From positions 1 through 64,000 of the forward strand of contig CAWAMW010000012.1 in the NCBI GenBank assembly GCA_963783305.1: a stretch of 64,000 nucleotides of DNA, written 5' to 3'. This document shows positions 9,534 to 19,916 of this stretch, one piece after another. Origin of the DNA: an uncultured Gemmatimonadales bacterium. GTDB taxonomy: Bacteria > Gemmatimonadota > Gemmatimonadetes > Longimicrobiales > RSA9. The notes below the pieces were generated by a model that had not been told where the DNA came from, made no database searches, and saw only the letters and a program-made list of their open reading frames with translations. The position numbers and the translations under genes are program-made. Positions within the stretch are counted from its first letter, which is position 1. Each line of letters opens with the position of its first letter.

Positions 9534-11120
9534 TCAGTCCAGTTTGTCGTAGCCGGGAAGGGTCAGGAACCCCACGAAATCGTCGTTCAATACCAGGTCG
9601 TCCAGGAGCTCGGCCGCCTCGGCCAGGTGACCGTTGTCCCGATCCTCCGCCCGCAGTCGGTCCAGCTCCTCGGTCCGGATCTGCTCGTACAGGCTGCCGC
9701 TCATGGTGCGGCCGTCGGCGAGCTCGACGCCGTTGAAGCGCCACTGCCAGAGCTGCGATCGCGAGATCTCCGCGGTGGCGGCGTCCTCCATGAGGTTGTT
9801 GATGGCCGCCGCGCCCCAGCCGCCGAGCCAGGCGTCGAGGTACTGTAGCGCCACGGACACGTTCTGTCGCACGCCCGCCTCCGTCACCTCGCCCGGCGTC
9901 TGGTCGAGGGAGAGGAGCTCGGAGGCGGGTATGTCCACGTCCTCGCGCAGTCGGTCCTTCTGATTCGGGCGTCCATCCAGGACCTCCTCGAACGCATCCC
10001 GGGCCACCGACTCCAGGCCGGGGTGCGCGATCCAGGTGCCATCGAACCCGTCGCGGCTCTCCCGCACCTTGTCCTGCTTCACCGCCTCGAACGCGCGCTC
10101 GTTGACCGCCTCGTCCCGACTCGGGATGAACGCCGCCATCCCGCCCATCGCGTGGGCCCCACGCCGATGGCAGGTTTTGACCAGCAGCTCCGTGTACGCC
10201 CGCATGAACGGCACAGTCATCGTCACTTCGCCCCGGTCCGGGAGCACGAAATCGCTCCGGTGGCGGAACTTCTTGATGGCGCTGAAGATGTAGTCCCAGC
10301 GCCCGGCGTTGAGGCCGGCCATGTGATCGCGCAGCTCGTAGAGGACCTCGTCCATCTCGAACGCCACCAGGATGTTCTCGATCAGGACCGTGGCCCGGAT
10401 CGACCCCTGCGGCACACCCACCTCGTCCTGGGCGAAGACGAAGACGTCGTTCCAGAGCCGCGCCTCCTGGTGGTTCTCGAGCTTCGGCAGGTAGAAATAG
10501 GGGCCGCTCCCGCGCTCCAGCAGCGCCCGGGCGTTGTGGAAGAAATAGAGGCCGAAATCGAAGAGGCTCGCCGAGATCGGGTCACCATCCACCTCAACGT
10601 GTTTCTCCGTCAGGTGCCAGCCCCTGGGGCGCACCAGCAGCGTCGCGACTTCGTCCTCCAGCCGGTACTCCTTCCCCTCGGCGGTGGTCAATTCGATGGT
10701 GCCCCTCACCGCATCCTGGCAGTTGCCCTGACCGGCCACCACGTTCTCCCACGTGGGCGACAGCGCGTCCTCGAAATCCGCCATGAAGACATCCGCGCCC
10801 GAGTTGAGCGCATTGATCATCATCTTGCGTTCCACCGGGCCGGTGATCTCCACCACCCGCTTCTGCAGGTCCGGCGGTGTGTCGGCCACTCGCCAGTCGG
10901 TCTCCCGGACCTCCCGCGTCTCGTCCAGGAAATCGGGCATCTCGCCCCGCTCGATCCGGCCCGCGCGGGCTTCCCGCTGGAGGAGCAGTTCACGACGCCG
11001 CGGCTCGAATTGATCGTGAAGATCGCGCAGGAACCGCAGGGCGTCAGGGGTCAGGACTCGCTTGGAATCGGCCAGCTCGGCACCGTGTACCGTTATGCGG
11101 TCTGGGGTGGCGTGGGCCAT
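9534..11120 (-). CDS. aceB: Malate synthase A
   Basis: [50 protein letters not shown]. Start taken at MAHATPD. Confidence 0.96.
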   Translation of the reverse strand: MAHATPDRITVHGAELADSKRVLTPDALRFLRDLHDQFEPRRRELLLQREARAGRIERGEMPDFLDETREVRETDWRVADTPPDLQKRVVEITGPVERKMMINALNSGADVFMADFEDALSPTWENVVAGQGNCQDAVRGTIELTTAEGKEYRLEDEVATLLVRPRGWHLTEKHVEVDGDPISASLFDFGLYFFHNARALLERGSGPYFYLPKLENHQEARLWNDVFVFAQDEVGVPQGSIRATVLIENILVAFEMDEVLYELRDHMAGLNAGRWDYIFSAIKKFRHRSDFVLPDRGEVTMTVPFMRAYTELLVKTCHRRGAHAMGGMAAFIPSRDEAVNERAFEAVKQDKVRESRDGFDGTWIAHPGLESVARDAFEEVLDGRPNQKDRLREDVDIPASELLSLDQTPGEVTEAGVRQNVSVALQYLDAWLGGWGAAAINNLMEDAATAEISRSQLWQWRFNGVELADGRTMSGSLYEQIRTEELDRLRAEDRDNGHLAEAAELLDDLVLNDDFVGFLTLPGYDKLD

Positions 11121-11253
11121 GGGTGTCGTCGTCTCCCGTTTCTGTGAGCAGCGTGGTCCGCGGGCGGTCCGGCGATTGGAGCAGGCCGGACGACTGCCGG
11201 CCACGATCGTTCGAGTGGCCATTCGCTCTCGGCCGCGGACGGCGCCCGGCCAA

Positions 11254-11269
11254 TGCACTCCCTGTGCCA
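11254..11269 (-). promoter_or_regulatory. Putative sigma54 (-24/-12) promoter for aceB-aceA
   Basis: Minus strand TGGCACAGGGAGTGCA (GG-N10-GC), about 130 bp upstream of the aceB start. Confidence 0.55.
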
Positions 11270-11416
11270 CCCCATGGTCATGCGCTGCAACCGTATTTAG
11301 CTTTCGGCGCAGGCCATACCTCGTTGGCCGAGCCCTGGCCCGAGGGGCCGGCCCGGCGCGCTGGGCACGCAAGGTGCCGTCGGCTCCGATGTACACGAAT
11401 GATTCCGGAGGACTGA

Positions 11417-12232
11417 GTGAAGACGATGGGCAATGCCGTAGTGATTGCCTCGCTGCTGTTCAGCGCCGCGTGCGCTTCGGCAGGACAGGCGGGTGGGGAT
11501 CCGTGGCCGGCCGCCACGTCGGGACCTGTGAAGCCGGATCCGCCGGCCACCCCGGCCGCCCCGGCCACCCCGGCCGATGCGCCCCCCGGACCCCGGGGCG
11601 ACAGCGCCGCATGGATGCTCGCGCTCACCGAGGAGGGGGAGAGGATCGTCGTCTCCCGGGAGGAGCGCCGGCTGTGGCTCATGGACGGCGACTCCGTTCT
11701 GTTCACCGCTCCGGTGGCCGTGGGACGCGACACGATTTTCCGGTACCGGGGCAAGTCCTACGATTTCAGCACGCCCAGCGGCCGCATGTCCGTCCAGGAC
11801 AAGGAGACCGCGCCCCAGTGGGTACCGCCGGACTGGCACTATTTCGAGAAGGCGGCGGAGGATGACCTCGAGCCGTACCAGCTGAAGAACGACAGCCGGG
11901 TCGAGCTCTCCGATGGCACCGTGATCGAGGTGCGCGGCGGAGACGTGGGGCGCGTCAATCAGTTCGGCAACTGGCTCGCGTTCAAGCCGGGTCGCGAAAT
12001 CATCTTCGACGACATGATCTTCATCCCGCCGTACGGGTCGCCCCAGCGCCGGATCCCCGACATCCTCGGAACCCACCGGCTCATCCTGGGCGACGGCTAC
12101 CTCATCCATGGCACGCCGGACGTCGACTCCATCGGCGAGTACGCCAGCCACGGCTGTGTGCGCATGTTCAATCAGGACATCGAGTGGCTGTACGGAAAGG
12201 TCGACGCCGGTGTGCTGGTCTACGTCTACTAG
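11417..12232 (+). CDS. L,D-transpeptidase (YkuD family), probable lipoprotein
   Basis: [24 protein letters not shown]...[12 protein letters not shown]-terminal signal ending SAAC. Confidence 0.9.
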   Translation: MKTMGNAVVIASLLFSAACASAGQAGGDPWPAATSGPVKPDPPATPAAPATPADAPPGPRGDSAAWMLALTEEGERIVVSREERRLWLMDGDSVLFTAPVAVGRDTIFRYRGKSYDFSTPSGRMSVQDKETAPQWVPPDWHYFEKAAEDDLEPYQLKNDSRVELSDGTVIEVRGGDVGRVNQFGNWLAFKPGREIIFDDMIFIPPYGSPQRRIPDILGTHRLILGDGYLIHGTPDVDSIGEYASHGCVRMFNQDIEWLYGKVDAGVLVYVY

Positions 12233-12376
12233 CCGCTTCGCACACCGTGCGACAAGCGGGGGGCACACGCGTTCTGTGACGAGTGCGCTTCTGAACTCCC
12301 GCACGCGCGGCGGTGTAATCGGGGGCGGCGGCGCAGTCGAGCGAAACGCGGATGACCCTGCACGCGGGAGCCATGC

Positions 12377-13300
12377 ATGCTGATCGGCAGGCCGAGCGAC
12401 ATTCCCTCCTCCGAGATCACCCCGGAAAGGGACTATCTGAACCGGCGCCAGTTCATGGAGAAGGGCGCCCGCGGGCTCGTGCTGGCGGCCGCGGCGCCTA
12501 CGGCGGTGCTCGCGGCGTGTGACTCTGCCAACGGGGAGTCGGTCCAGCAGGAGCCCACTCCGTATGATCTGGTTACCACCTACAACAACTTCTACGAGTT
12601 CGGAGTGGGGAAGGAAGACCCGTCAGAGCGGGCCCACCTGTTCAATCCACGGCCCTGGACCGTGGAGGTGAGCGGGCTGGTGGACCGACCGGGTGAGTAC
12701 GCCCTGGACGACTTCCTGAAGCCCCACGCCATCGAGGACCGGGTCTATCGCCTGCGGTGCGTGGAGGCCTGGTCGATGGTGATCCCGTGGCGGGGGGTTC
12801 CGCTGGCGGGGGTGCTGGAGCGAGCCCGACCGCGCCCGTCGGCGCGATTCGTGGAGTTCACGACCGTCTATCGGCCTTCGGAGCTCCCGGGCCAGCAGCG
12901 GCCCATCCTGGACTGGCCGTACGTGGAAGGGCTCCGCCTCGACGAGGCCATGCACCCGCTCACCCTGCTCGCCACCGGCCTCTATGGCCGCGACCTGCCG
13001 AACCAGAACGGCGCGCCGCTTCGACTGGTGGTGCCGTGGAAGTACGGCTTCAAGAGCATCAAGTCGATCGTCCGGATCCGGCTGACCGACGCCATGCCGG
13101 TCAACACGTGGCAGAAGATGCAGCCGAGGGAGTACGGCTTCTACGCCAACGTCAATCCTAAGGTCGACCACCCGCGCTGGAGCCAGGCCCGGGAGCGCCG
13201 CATCGGAGAGCTCCGCAAGCAGCCGACACGCATCTTCAACGGGTATGGAGACCAGGTCGCCCACATGTACGAGGGGATGAACCTGGCGAAGTGGTACTGA
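12377..13300 (+). CDS. msrP: Protein-methionine-sulfoxide reductase catalytic subunit
   Basis: SEITPE..YLNRRQF (Tat signal), [35 protein letters not shown]. Confidence 0.96.
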   Translation: MLIGRPSDIPSSEITPERDYLNRRQFMEKGARGLVLAAAAPTAVLAACDSANGESVQQEPTPYDLVTTYNNFYEFGVGKEDPSERAHLFNPRPWTVEVSGLVDRPGEYALDDFLKPHAIEDRVYRLRCVEAWSMVIPWRGVPLAGVLERARPRPSARFVEFTTVYRPSELPGQQRPILDWPYVEGLRLDEAMHPLTLLATGLYGRDLPNQNGAPLRLVVPWKYGFKSIKSIVRIRLTDAMPVNTWQKMQPREYGFYANVNPKVDHPRWSQARERRIGELRKQPTRIFNGYGDQVAHMYEGMNLAKWY

Positions 13301-13337
13301 GGCGCCCCGGCAGGGAGGCGGGGGGGAAGGGGAGTCT

Positions 13338-13943
13338 GTGGCCTCGCTGACGCGCCGGATCCTCCTGCTGAAGGCGCTCGTCTGGGTTGTCGGGCTGCTG
13401 CCGCTCATGCGGGTGGCGTGGTGGCTCAAGGACGGGCTCTACGGCCTCGGGGCGAACCCCATCGAGCGCGTTCTGCACCACGCCGGGTGGTGGACGCTCG
13501 TGCTGCTCCTGGGCACTCTCCTGATCACCCCGCTCCGCCGGATCACAGGGCTGAATGAGCTGGCCAGGCTCCGGCGTCCGCTCGGGCTTTTCGCATTCTT
13601 CTGGGGGACCGTCCACCTGGCGCTCTACGTGGGCCTGGACCAGCTATTCGCGTGGAGCTACATCGCCGAGGACGTGGTGGAGCGGCCGTTCATCACCGTG
13701 GGCTTCGCGGCGTGGCTCCTGCTCCTCCCGCTGGCAATCACCTCGACCCGAGGATGGATCCGCCGCCTCGGCCGGCGCTGGACACGGCTTCACCAGGTGG
13801 TCTACGCCGCCGCCGTTCTCGGGATCGTGCACTACTACTGGCGCGTGAAGGCGGATACGCGCGAGCCGCTGATCTTTGCGGCGGTATTCGTGGCGCTCAT
13901 GGCGCTGAGGATGCGCTGGACCGGACGAAAGCAGGTGGGCTGA
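13338..13943 (+). CDS. msrQ: MsrP heme-binding membrane subunit
   Basis: LGANPIE, LLITPLR, RRPLGLFAF, LAITS, WTRLHQVVY. Directly follows msrP. Confidence 0.93.
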   Translation: MASLTRRILLLKALVWVVGLLPLMRVAWWLKDGLYGLGANPIERVLHHAGWWTLVLLLGTLLITPLRRITGLNELARLRRPLGLFAFFWGTVHLALYVGLDQLFAWSYIAEDVVERPFITVGFAAWLLLLPLAITSTRGWIRRLGRRWTRLHQVVYAAAVLGIVHYYWRVKADTREPLIFAAVFVALMALRMRWTGRKQVG

Positions 13944-13961
13944 GGCAAGGCCGGCCTTCCC

Positions 13962-14000
13962 GAAAAAACGAAAGCCCCGCGCGCGTCGCGCCGGGGCTTC
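13962..14000 (-). terminator. Intrinsic terminator (U-tract on minus strand; probably bidirectional)
   Basis: AAGCCCCG/CGGGGCTT stem with an adjacent A6 run, between convergent genes. Confidence 0.65.
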
Positions 14001-14044
14001 TCGGTTCGGCAACTCTGCCGGAGCTACTCGTGCTGCGGTGCCGC

Positions 14045-14161
14045 TCAGATCCCCCAGATCACCGGGATCATGAGTGCCGCTACCGTGCCCACGAAGGCCG
14101 CCAGAGTGGCCGTGGCCTGGGCTGCGAACCGGAGCGTTGCCTTCGTCCTCAACGTTTCCAT
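14045..14161 (-). CDS. Small (38 aa) membrane peptide
   Basis: METLRTKATLRFAAQATATLAAFVGTVAALMIPVIWGI. AAGGTG upstream and a minus-strand terminator downstream. Confidence 0.45.
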   Translation of the reverse strand: METLRTKATLRFAAQATATLAAFVGTVAALMIPVIWGI

Positions 14162-14358
14162 GTGCCTGAACTTCACCTTTCGATCTATGGCAGGGCTCTT
14201 CTCGGAGCTTTCTTCCTGGTGGACCCTACGGGGCACCGGCCCCGAGTGTTTCACGGCTCCATAACCTTGGACACTGCGGCTTCGGGAAAGGTTGCCTGAA
14301 ACCCGGCCCACGCGTGCACCGTACGGTGGTTACGACTCCAACAGAAGAGGATGCGACC

Positions 14359-14631
14359 GTGGAAGAACTGATCCCCATATTCCTGTTCATCGTCATCGGC
14401 GGCGTGATGATTCTGCGGCCCGTGACCAAGAAGCTGGGGTTGCTCATCGAGGCGCTCGCCAAGGAGCGCATGGCGCGCACTGCCCCCGACCCGACGCTCG
14501 ACCAGGCGCAGCTGGTCCGGATCACCGGTGCGCTGGAGCAGCTGAATACGCGCATGGATCACATCGACGACCGGATCGGCTTCATGGAGCGGCTCCTCGA
14601 GGATCGGCCCCGCTCCCGCCTCACCGGGTGA
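14359..14631 (+). CDS. Small single-TM coiled-coil protein (PspB-like architecture)
   Basis: GAGG RBS and GTG start. TM segment ELIPIFLFIVIGGVMIL, C-terminal RMDHIDDRIGFMERLL. Confidence 0.7.
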   Translation: MEELIPIFLFIVIGGVMILRPVTKKLGLLIEALAKERMARTAPDPTLDQAQLVRITGALEQLNTRMDHIDDRIGFMERLLEDRPRSRLTG

Positions 14632-14972
14632 CGGTGCCCGACCCCCTCGCGGGGTGAGGGTTCGCGCTGCCGACCGACCCTGAAACCGCCTGACCCGGCT
14701 CGCCGCCGCGCCGGCCGGCCGCCGATTGTTCCGGCGCAGCCTACGCCCCTGACTCTCTACGATCCGGGGCGTTTTCCATGCTCGGCGGCCGGAGCAGGGG
14801 AACGCTCCGGAAACATCTCTCGGCGCCTCGTGTACGACAGCCTGGATACCCGATACCGGGTGGTCGTGAGAGTGTGGGATCAGCTCTTGCAATACGGCCA
14901 CCGATCCCCCACGGTCCGAGCATTTCCGCCGGGCCGAACAGGGAACGAGGCCGGTCGTAGGGGGCAGTTGGC

Positions 14973-15001
14973 TTGCTGGCGGGGAAGGGCCGCAATAGTA
15001 T
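14973..15001 (+). promoter_or_regulatory. Putative sigma70 promoter for the TPR gene
   Basis: TTGCTG-N17-TAGTAT. Confidence 0.4.
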
Positions 15002-15142
15002 GGGCTGTTTCCCGCACGACCCAGGCCTCACGGCGTTCACGCGTCGAACCCTGACCGCGGTGCGGGGGTACCATCTTTTCGAGGCGACAACGGAGCGGCC
15101 GGCTGTCGCGAGTGGCTTCTTCCAGAGCGGAGACCCTGGAAC

Positions 15143-16939
15143 ATGAATCAACTAGTTGAGAGACGGAGCATGTGGGTCGCGCTGACCTTCGCTTTCCTGC
15201 TGAGTGGCGTGGGTGTGAGCCCGGCGTCGGCGCAGGATGAGGGTGCGGGTGAGCGGATCACGATCATGGTGCCGGACCTGGCACCTCGGCAGGGCGCGGA
15301 TGACGACTTCGGCCAGGACGTGTCGAAGGAGCTGCGCGGTCTGATCGGTGACCTGCACACGCACCAGACGGTGTCGAGCGGCGACATGAAGGACGCGCGT
15401 CGTGAACTCAAGCTGAGCCATGAAGAGCTGTACGAGTGCATCAAGGCCCGTCAGCTGGCCATGCGCAAGAACTGGGGTCTCGTGCTCTGTGGCGAGTACC
15501 AGGCGCTGGGCGGCGGTCAGGTTCAGGTGGACGCGAAGTTCGTGGGCGCCTCCAACGGCAGCGAGTTCGCGGTTCCGCAGTTCAAGGTGAGCGAACGCGA
15601 CCCGAAGCAGGCGGCGCAGACGATCCTCCAGACGTTCGATCGCTGGCAGACCCAGCTCCGCCACACGGTGTTCTGTCAGCAGTACATGGAGAGCGATTCC
15701 TGGGACCGCGCTCTGGAGAACTGCAACACCGCGCTGGAGATCAACCCGAACTCCGCGGACGCGCTCTACATGAAAGCGTTCATCCAGCGGGAGACGGACC
15801 AGCCGGAGGCGGCGCTCGAGACGCTGGAGAAGCTTCTCGATATCGACCCGATCAACGAGAACGCGCTGAAGCTGGCGGGGATCGTGGCCACCGAGGCCAC
15901 CATGCCGGTGCGGGCGCGTGAGTACTTCGACCGCTACATGGAGCTGAACCCCGGCGACGTGGGAGTCCGACTGACGATCGCGACGGACATCGCCAACGCG
16001 GGGGACCCGGGCTCTGCGCTGTTGATCGCGCAGGAGGGTGCCGATCAGGTGGCGCAGGACACGACCGGCGAGGACATGACGCTCACCACCTACATCGGGC
16101 ACTTCGCCGCGCAGGCCGCCGGACAGGCGGAGGCGGCGGTGTTCAACGGCGGTGAAATGGTGGTCGATCCCCACGGCAACCCGGTGGACTCTTCGACCGT
16201 GCGTCGATACTACGAGACCGCCGCCGACGCCTACAAGCGGGTGTACGAAGTGCAGGCGGATTCGACGGAGCCGCAGATCCTGGAGCGACTGATCATCGCG
16301 GAGTTCAAGCTTGGCCGGTACGATGACGCCGTGTCGCTGGGTGAGCGGGCGGTCAAGCTGGCGCCGGAGAACGCGGCAATGTGGGATGCCTATTCGCGTG
16401 CACTCCAGGAGGCCGGGCGGGCGCGCGAGGCGCTGGCCGCTATGCAGCGGGCGCAGGAGATGGGCGGCGGCTCGGCGGGTCTGACGCAGCGCCGGGCGAC
16501 ACTCCAGCTGCAGATGGGGAACGCGCAGCAGGCCGTGGCGTCGCTGGTCGAGGGGGTCGGGTCGGGCGAGATCGACCCGTCGAACGCCTTCAACATCGTG
16601 TTCCGGACCGCCTACGTGGAGAACTTCCAGAAGGGGCGGCTGGAGCCGGCGTACGACCTGCTCGAGGCGGCGGGTCCGCTGGCACAGACGGAGCAGGATC
16701 GGCTGACGCGCAACTTCTGGCGCGGGTACATCCGGTTCGAGCAGGCCAAGTCCGCCCATGAGCCGATGACGGCTGCGTCGGCCCAGAGGGCGAAGCCGCT
16801 CTTCGAGCGCGCGCTCGAGCTCTTCCGCGCGGCCCAGGGGTACGAGAAGTACCACGCCTCGGCCAACGTGCCGCAGCTGATCGAGAACGCGCAGCGGTTC
16901 ATCCAGATCGAGGAAGCGCTGATCAAGCGCGGGCAGTAG
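15143..16939 (+). CDS. Secreted tetratricopeptide-repeat protein
   Basis: Signal peptide ending ASA-Q and multiple TPR-like repeats (ALEINPNSADALY, LLDIDPINENAL, AVKLAPENAAMW). Confidence 0.85.
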   Translation: MNQLVERRSMWVALTFAFLLSGVGVSPASAQDEGAGERITIMVPDLAPRQGADDDFGQDVSKELRGLIGDLHTHQTVSSGDMKDARRELKLSHEELYECIKARQLAMRKNWGLVLCGEYQALGGGQVQVDAKFVGASNGSEFAVPQFKVSERDPKQAAQTILQTFDRWQTQLRHTVFCQQYMESDSWDRALENCNTALEINPNSADALYMKAFIQRETDQPEAALETLEKLLDIDPINENALKLAGIVATEATMPVRAREYFDRYMELNPGDVGVRLTIATDIANAGDPGSALLIAQEGADQVAQDTTGEDMTLTTYIGHFAAQAAGQAEAAVFNGGEMVVDPHGNPVDSSTVRRYYETAADAYKRVYEVQADSTEPQILERLIIAEFKLGRYDDAVSLGERAVKLAPENAAMWDAYSRALQEAGRAREALAAMQRAQEMGGGSAGLTQRRATLQLQMGNAQQAVASLVEGVGSGEIDPSNAFNIVFRTAYVENFQKGRLEPAYDLLEAAGPLAQTEQDRLTRNFWRGYIRFEQAKSAHEPMTAASAQRAKPLFERALELFRAAQGYEKYHASANVPQLIENAQRFIQIEEALIKRGQ

Positions 16940-16960
16940 GACCGATCGCGGGCCGCTCAG

Positions 16961-16998
16961 AAAGCGCCGGCGGAGCTGAGGCTCCGCCGGCGCTTTTT
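16961..16998 (+). terminator. Intrinsic terminator (bidirectional)
   Basis: AAAGCGCCGGCGGAGC-tgag-GCTCCGCCGGCGCTTTTT. Confidence 0.85.
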
Positions 16999-17027
16999 CT
17001 ATGGCACGTCGCGAACCCGCAGTCAGG

Positions 17028-17906
17028 TCACGGCACCATGAGCGTCAACGGTGAGTCCAGCAGGGAGTAGCGGAAGCGGTTGCCGTGGATCGGCTCTCCG
17101 TCCACGTTCACTGACAGGTCCTCGTCCGACTCCACCTCCAGCACTTCCGTCCGGAAGTACAGCACCTGCGGGTTGTCCAGGTGCGTGCCCGCGCGCAGGT
17201 CCGGCAGCAGCGCTACGAAGTCCATCCGCGGCATGGCCGGGACGATCATCACGTCCAGCTGACCATCGCCGAGTTCCGCCCGGGGCGTCAGCATGCTTCC
17301 CCCGCCCGTACGCTTTGCGTTGCCCACGGCGAACAGCATTACCTCCCCCTCGAAAGCTTCGCCAGCCGGCGTCGTGAAGCGGGCGAACGACGGACGCAAC
17401 TCGGAGAACTTCTTCACCCCCGTAATCACGTACGCCCATGGGCCCAGGAGCCGCTTCGCTTCCGATGGCGTCTCCTCCGTGGCCGTAGCGCCGAACCCTC
17501 CCGTCGACACGTTTACGAAGTGACGCTCGTTCAGCCGCGCCACGTCCACTGGCCTCGGTGTCCCCTCCGCCGCCACCCGGAACGCCTCCGGGATCGTTCG
17601 GGGGATCTCCATCCCGATCGCGAAATCGTTCGCCGTCCCCGTGGGCACAATGCCGAGACGGCCCGCCCAGCCCGCTTCGAGCGCGCCGTTCACAACCTCG
17701 TTGACCGTGCCATCGCCCCCGGCCGCGATGATGAGATCCGCCCCGGACTCGCCGGCCGCGCGGGCGAACCGCGTGGCATCCCTCTCCTCGAACGTGAGGC
17801 GGGGCCATACCTCGTGACCCTCCCGCCGCAGCACGGCCACCTCCTCGCGTATCACGTCCAGTCCCTCCATGCCCTCCCGCGGGCGGATGATCACAGCGAT
17901 CTGCAC
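17028..17906 (-). CDS. YegS/DAGK-family lipid kinase
   Basis: AAGGDGTVNEVVNG, PTGTANDFA, NVDGEP. Confidence 0.92.
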   Translation of the reverse strand: MQIAVIIRPREGMEGLDVIREEVAVLRREGHEVWPRLTFEERDATRFARAAGESGADLIIAAGGDGTVNEVVNGALEAGWAGRLGIVPTGTANDFAIGMEIPRTIPEAFRVAAEGTPRPVDVARLNERHFVNVSTGGFGATATEETPSEAKRLLGPWAYVITGVKKFSELRPSFARFTTPAGEAFEGEVMLFAVGNAKRTGGGSMLTPRAELGDGQLDVMIVPAMPRMDFVALLPDLRAGTHLDNPQVLYFRTEVLEVESDEDLSVNVDGEPIHGNRFRYSLLDSPLTLMVP

Positions 17907-17988
17907 GGCTCTCCCTGGGGTTCGGTCTCGCGCTCCGCGCGGGTCTCATGGCGCTGAGCGGCCTTATACGGCAGCACGTGTGCCTCGT

Positions 17989-18004
17989 TGCGCAGACCGT
18001 GCCA
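17989..18004 (-). promoter_or_regulatory. Possible sigma54 promoter for the lipid kinase
   Basis: Minus strand TGGCACGGTCTGCGCA (GG-N10-GC); the -12 box is imperfect. Confidence 0.35.
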
Positions 18005-18080
18005 GAAGCCAAGTGGGGCCGCGGTGGGGTGGGAATGGGGCCGGTGTGGTGCGGAATGGGTGGCCGCGCGTGGAGGAGTC

Positions 18081-18150
18081 TTGACATTCAATGGGGCGGA
18101 AACCTAGCTTGGTGGAGATAAGTGGGGAGAAGTGGGAGGGAGTGGGGATA
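18081..18150 (+). promoter_or_regulatory. dcw promoter with MraZ-binding repeats
   Basis: TTGACA-N18-TAGCTT followed by four GTGG(A/G) repeats at 10-bp spacing (18112, 18122, 18132, 18142). Confidence 0.8.
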
Positions 18151-18180
18151 CGAGCCTCGCAGGACGCAGGGACGGCCGCA

Positions 18181-18612
18181 GTGTCGACCTTTCTCGGGAG
18201 CTACACCTATACGCTGGACGATAAGGGACGGGTCAGCCTACCCGCCCCCTTCCGTCGTGATGCGGAGGATCAGCGATTCGTGCTGCTCCAGGTGGAGGAT
18301 CCGGCGCTGGCGCTGTATCCGGAGCGGGCGTGGCGGGAGGTGGAAGATCGTCTGAGGAACCTGCTGAGGAACGACCCGAAGGCGCGGCGCTGGGTGATGG
18401 GCGTGCTGGCGAGCGCTGTGGAGGTGTCGCCGGACTCGCAGGGTCGGATTCTGGTTCCATCGAAGTTGCAGGAAGCGGCGCGGCTGGAAGGCCAGGTGCT
18501 GATGGTGGGGATGATCGATCGGGTGGACCTGTGGAACCCGGCGGACTTCGAGGGGGCGGTGGAGGGGAAGGAGGAGGAGTTCGAGCGGTACGCCCCGCAG
18601 ATCTTCCGGTGA
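18181..18612 (+). CDS. mraZ: Division/cell wall cluster repressor MraZ
   Basis: FLGSYTYTLDDKGRVSLPAPFR, DSQGRILVP. Confidence 0.95.
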   Translation: MSTFLGSYTYTLDDKGRVSLPAPFRRDAEDQRFVLLQVEDPALALYPERAWREVEDRLRNLLRNDPKARRWVMGVLASAVEVSPDSQGRILVPSKLQEAARLEGQVLMVGMIDRVDLWNPADFEGAVEGKEEEFERYAPQIFR

Positions 18613-18660
18613 GTCGGGGGAGGCGGGGGTGAGAGAGGGGAACCGCGGTGGGCCCGGTCG

Positions 18661-19587
18661 ATGAGCGACGGGTATCACACCCCGGTGCTGGTGGAGGAGG
18701 TCGTCCGTCTGCTGAAGCCCCGACGAGGTGGTGTGTACTTCGACGGAACGCTCGGGGGCGGGGGCCACAGTGAAGCGGTCCTGGAGTCCGGTTCTGAAGC
18801 GCGCGTGATTGCGGTGGACCGTGACCCGGAGGCGCGGGCGGAGGCCCGGGAGCGCCTGGCGGGATACGGGGAGCGATTCGAGGCGCGGGAAGGGGATTTC
18901 GCGGACGTGGCGGAGCGCCTTGATGTCGAGCTGGCGGGAGCATTGCTCGACCTGGGCGTTTCGTCGCATCAGATCGACGCGGCGCGGCGGGGATTCACGT
19001 TCCGTGAGGGCAGTCCGCTGGACATGCGGATGGCGGCTGGACCGGGTGGCGGAAAGACAGCGGCGGACATCCTGAACCGATATGAGGAGGCGGAGCTTCT
19101 GCGAGTGCTCTGGGACTACGGAGAGGAGAAGCGGGCGCGTCCGATCGTGCGTCGAGTGCTGGAGCGGCGAACGGAGCGGCCGTTCGAGACGAGCGATGAT
19201 CTCGTCGCGGTGCTGGAGGACGTATACCGGCACCGTCTGGCGCCGCAGGACAAGGCGCGGGTGTTCCAGGCGTTGCGGATCGAGGTGAACGAGGAGCTGG
19301 CGTCGCTGGACCGGGCGCTGCCGGCGTTGCGGGAGGCGCTGGCGGTGGGGGGTGTGCTTGTGGTGATTGCGTATCACTCGCTGGAGGACCGGCGGGTGAA
19401 GAACGCGTTCCGGGAGTGGAGCCGTGCCTGTGTGTGTCCCCCCGACCTGCCGGTGTGCAACTGCCGTGGAGAGCGTCTGGGCGAGACGCTCACGCGGAAG
19501 GTGGTTCGGCCGACGGCGGACGAGATCGAACAGAACCCGCGGTCGCGCAGCGCCCGGCTGCGCGCATGGAGGAGGGAGTACGCATGA
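18661..19587 (+). CDS. rsmH: 16S rRNA m4C1402 methyltransferase
   Basis: HTPVLVEE, DGTLGGGGHS, DLGVSSHQ, HSLEDRRVK, NPRSRSARLR. Confidence 0.97.
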   Translation: MSDGYHTPVLVEEVVRLLKPRRGGVYFDGTLGGGGHSEAVLESGSEARVIAVDRDPEARAEARERLAGYGERFEAREGDFADVAERLDVELAGALLDLGVSSHQIDAARRGFTFREGSPLDMRMAAGPGGGKTAADILNRYEEAELLRVLWDYGEEKRARPIVRRVLERRTERPFETSDDLVAVLEDVYRHRLAPQDKARVFQALRIEVNEELASLDRALPALREALAVGGVLVVIAYHSLEDRRVKNAFREWSRACVCPPDLPVCNCRGERLGETLTRKVVRPTADEIEQNPRSRSARLRAWRREYA

Positions 19588-19916
19588 AGAGGCGGATACC
19601 GGTCATACGGACTGCGCTGCTGTTCGCGCTGCTGCTGAGCTCTCTGACGCTGGTGGTGTGGCGGCAGAGTCAGGCACTGGCCGTACAGCGCGAGCTGGAG
19701 TCCGTGCGGCGCGAGCGGGTGGTGGAGGAAGCGCGGCGCGCGGCGCTGGCGCGGCGCGTGGAGCTGTTGGAGAGCCGAACGCGGGTCTCGGCGGCCGCTC
19801 GAGACCGGTTCGGAATGCGGCTGCCGTCGGGTGACGAGATCGTGATCCTGCCGTTGAGCGAACCGCCGCCGGGGGTGGCTGTGAGCGCTGTCGCCCTGGG
19901 AGCGGGCGAGGGATGA
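19584..19916 (+). CDS. ftsL: Cell division protein FtsL-like
   Basis: Lies between rsmH and ftsI; TM helix plus coiled coil; ATGA overlaps. Confidence 0.75.
   Translation: MKRRIPVIRTALLFALLLSSLTLVVWRQSQALAVQRELESVRRERVVEEARRAALARRVELLESRTRVSAAARDRFGMRLPSGDEIVILPLSEPPPGVAVSAVALGAGEG

Noticed and set aside
11121..11396. N-terminal extensions of aceB (likewise mraZ, murD, ftsY, miaB, MATE, M28, add) in the ORF track
   Set aside because: These are longest-ORF artefacts; family homology and RBS/overlap positions support the later starts.
14632..15142. Riboswitch or ncRNA in the 500-bp intergenic region
   Set aside because: No recognisable conserved motif by eye; an Rfam scan would be needed.
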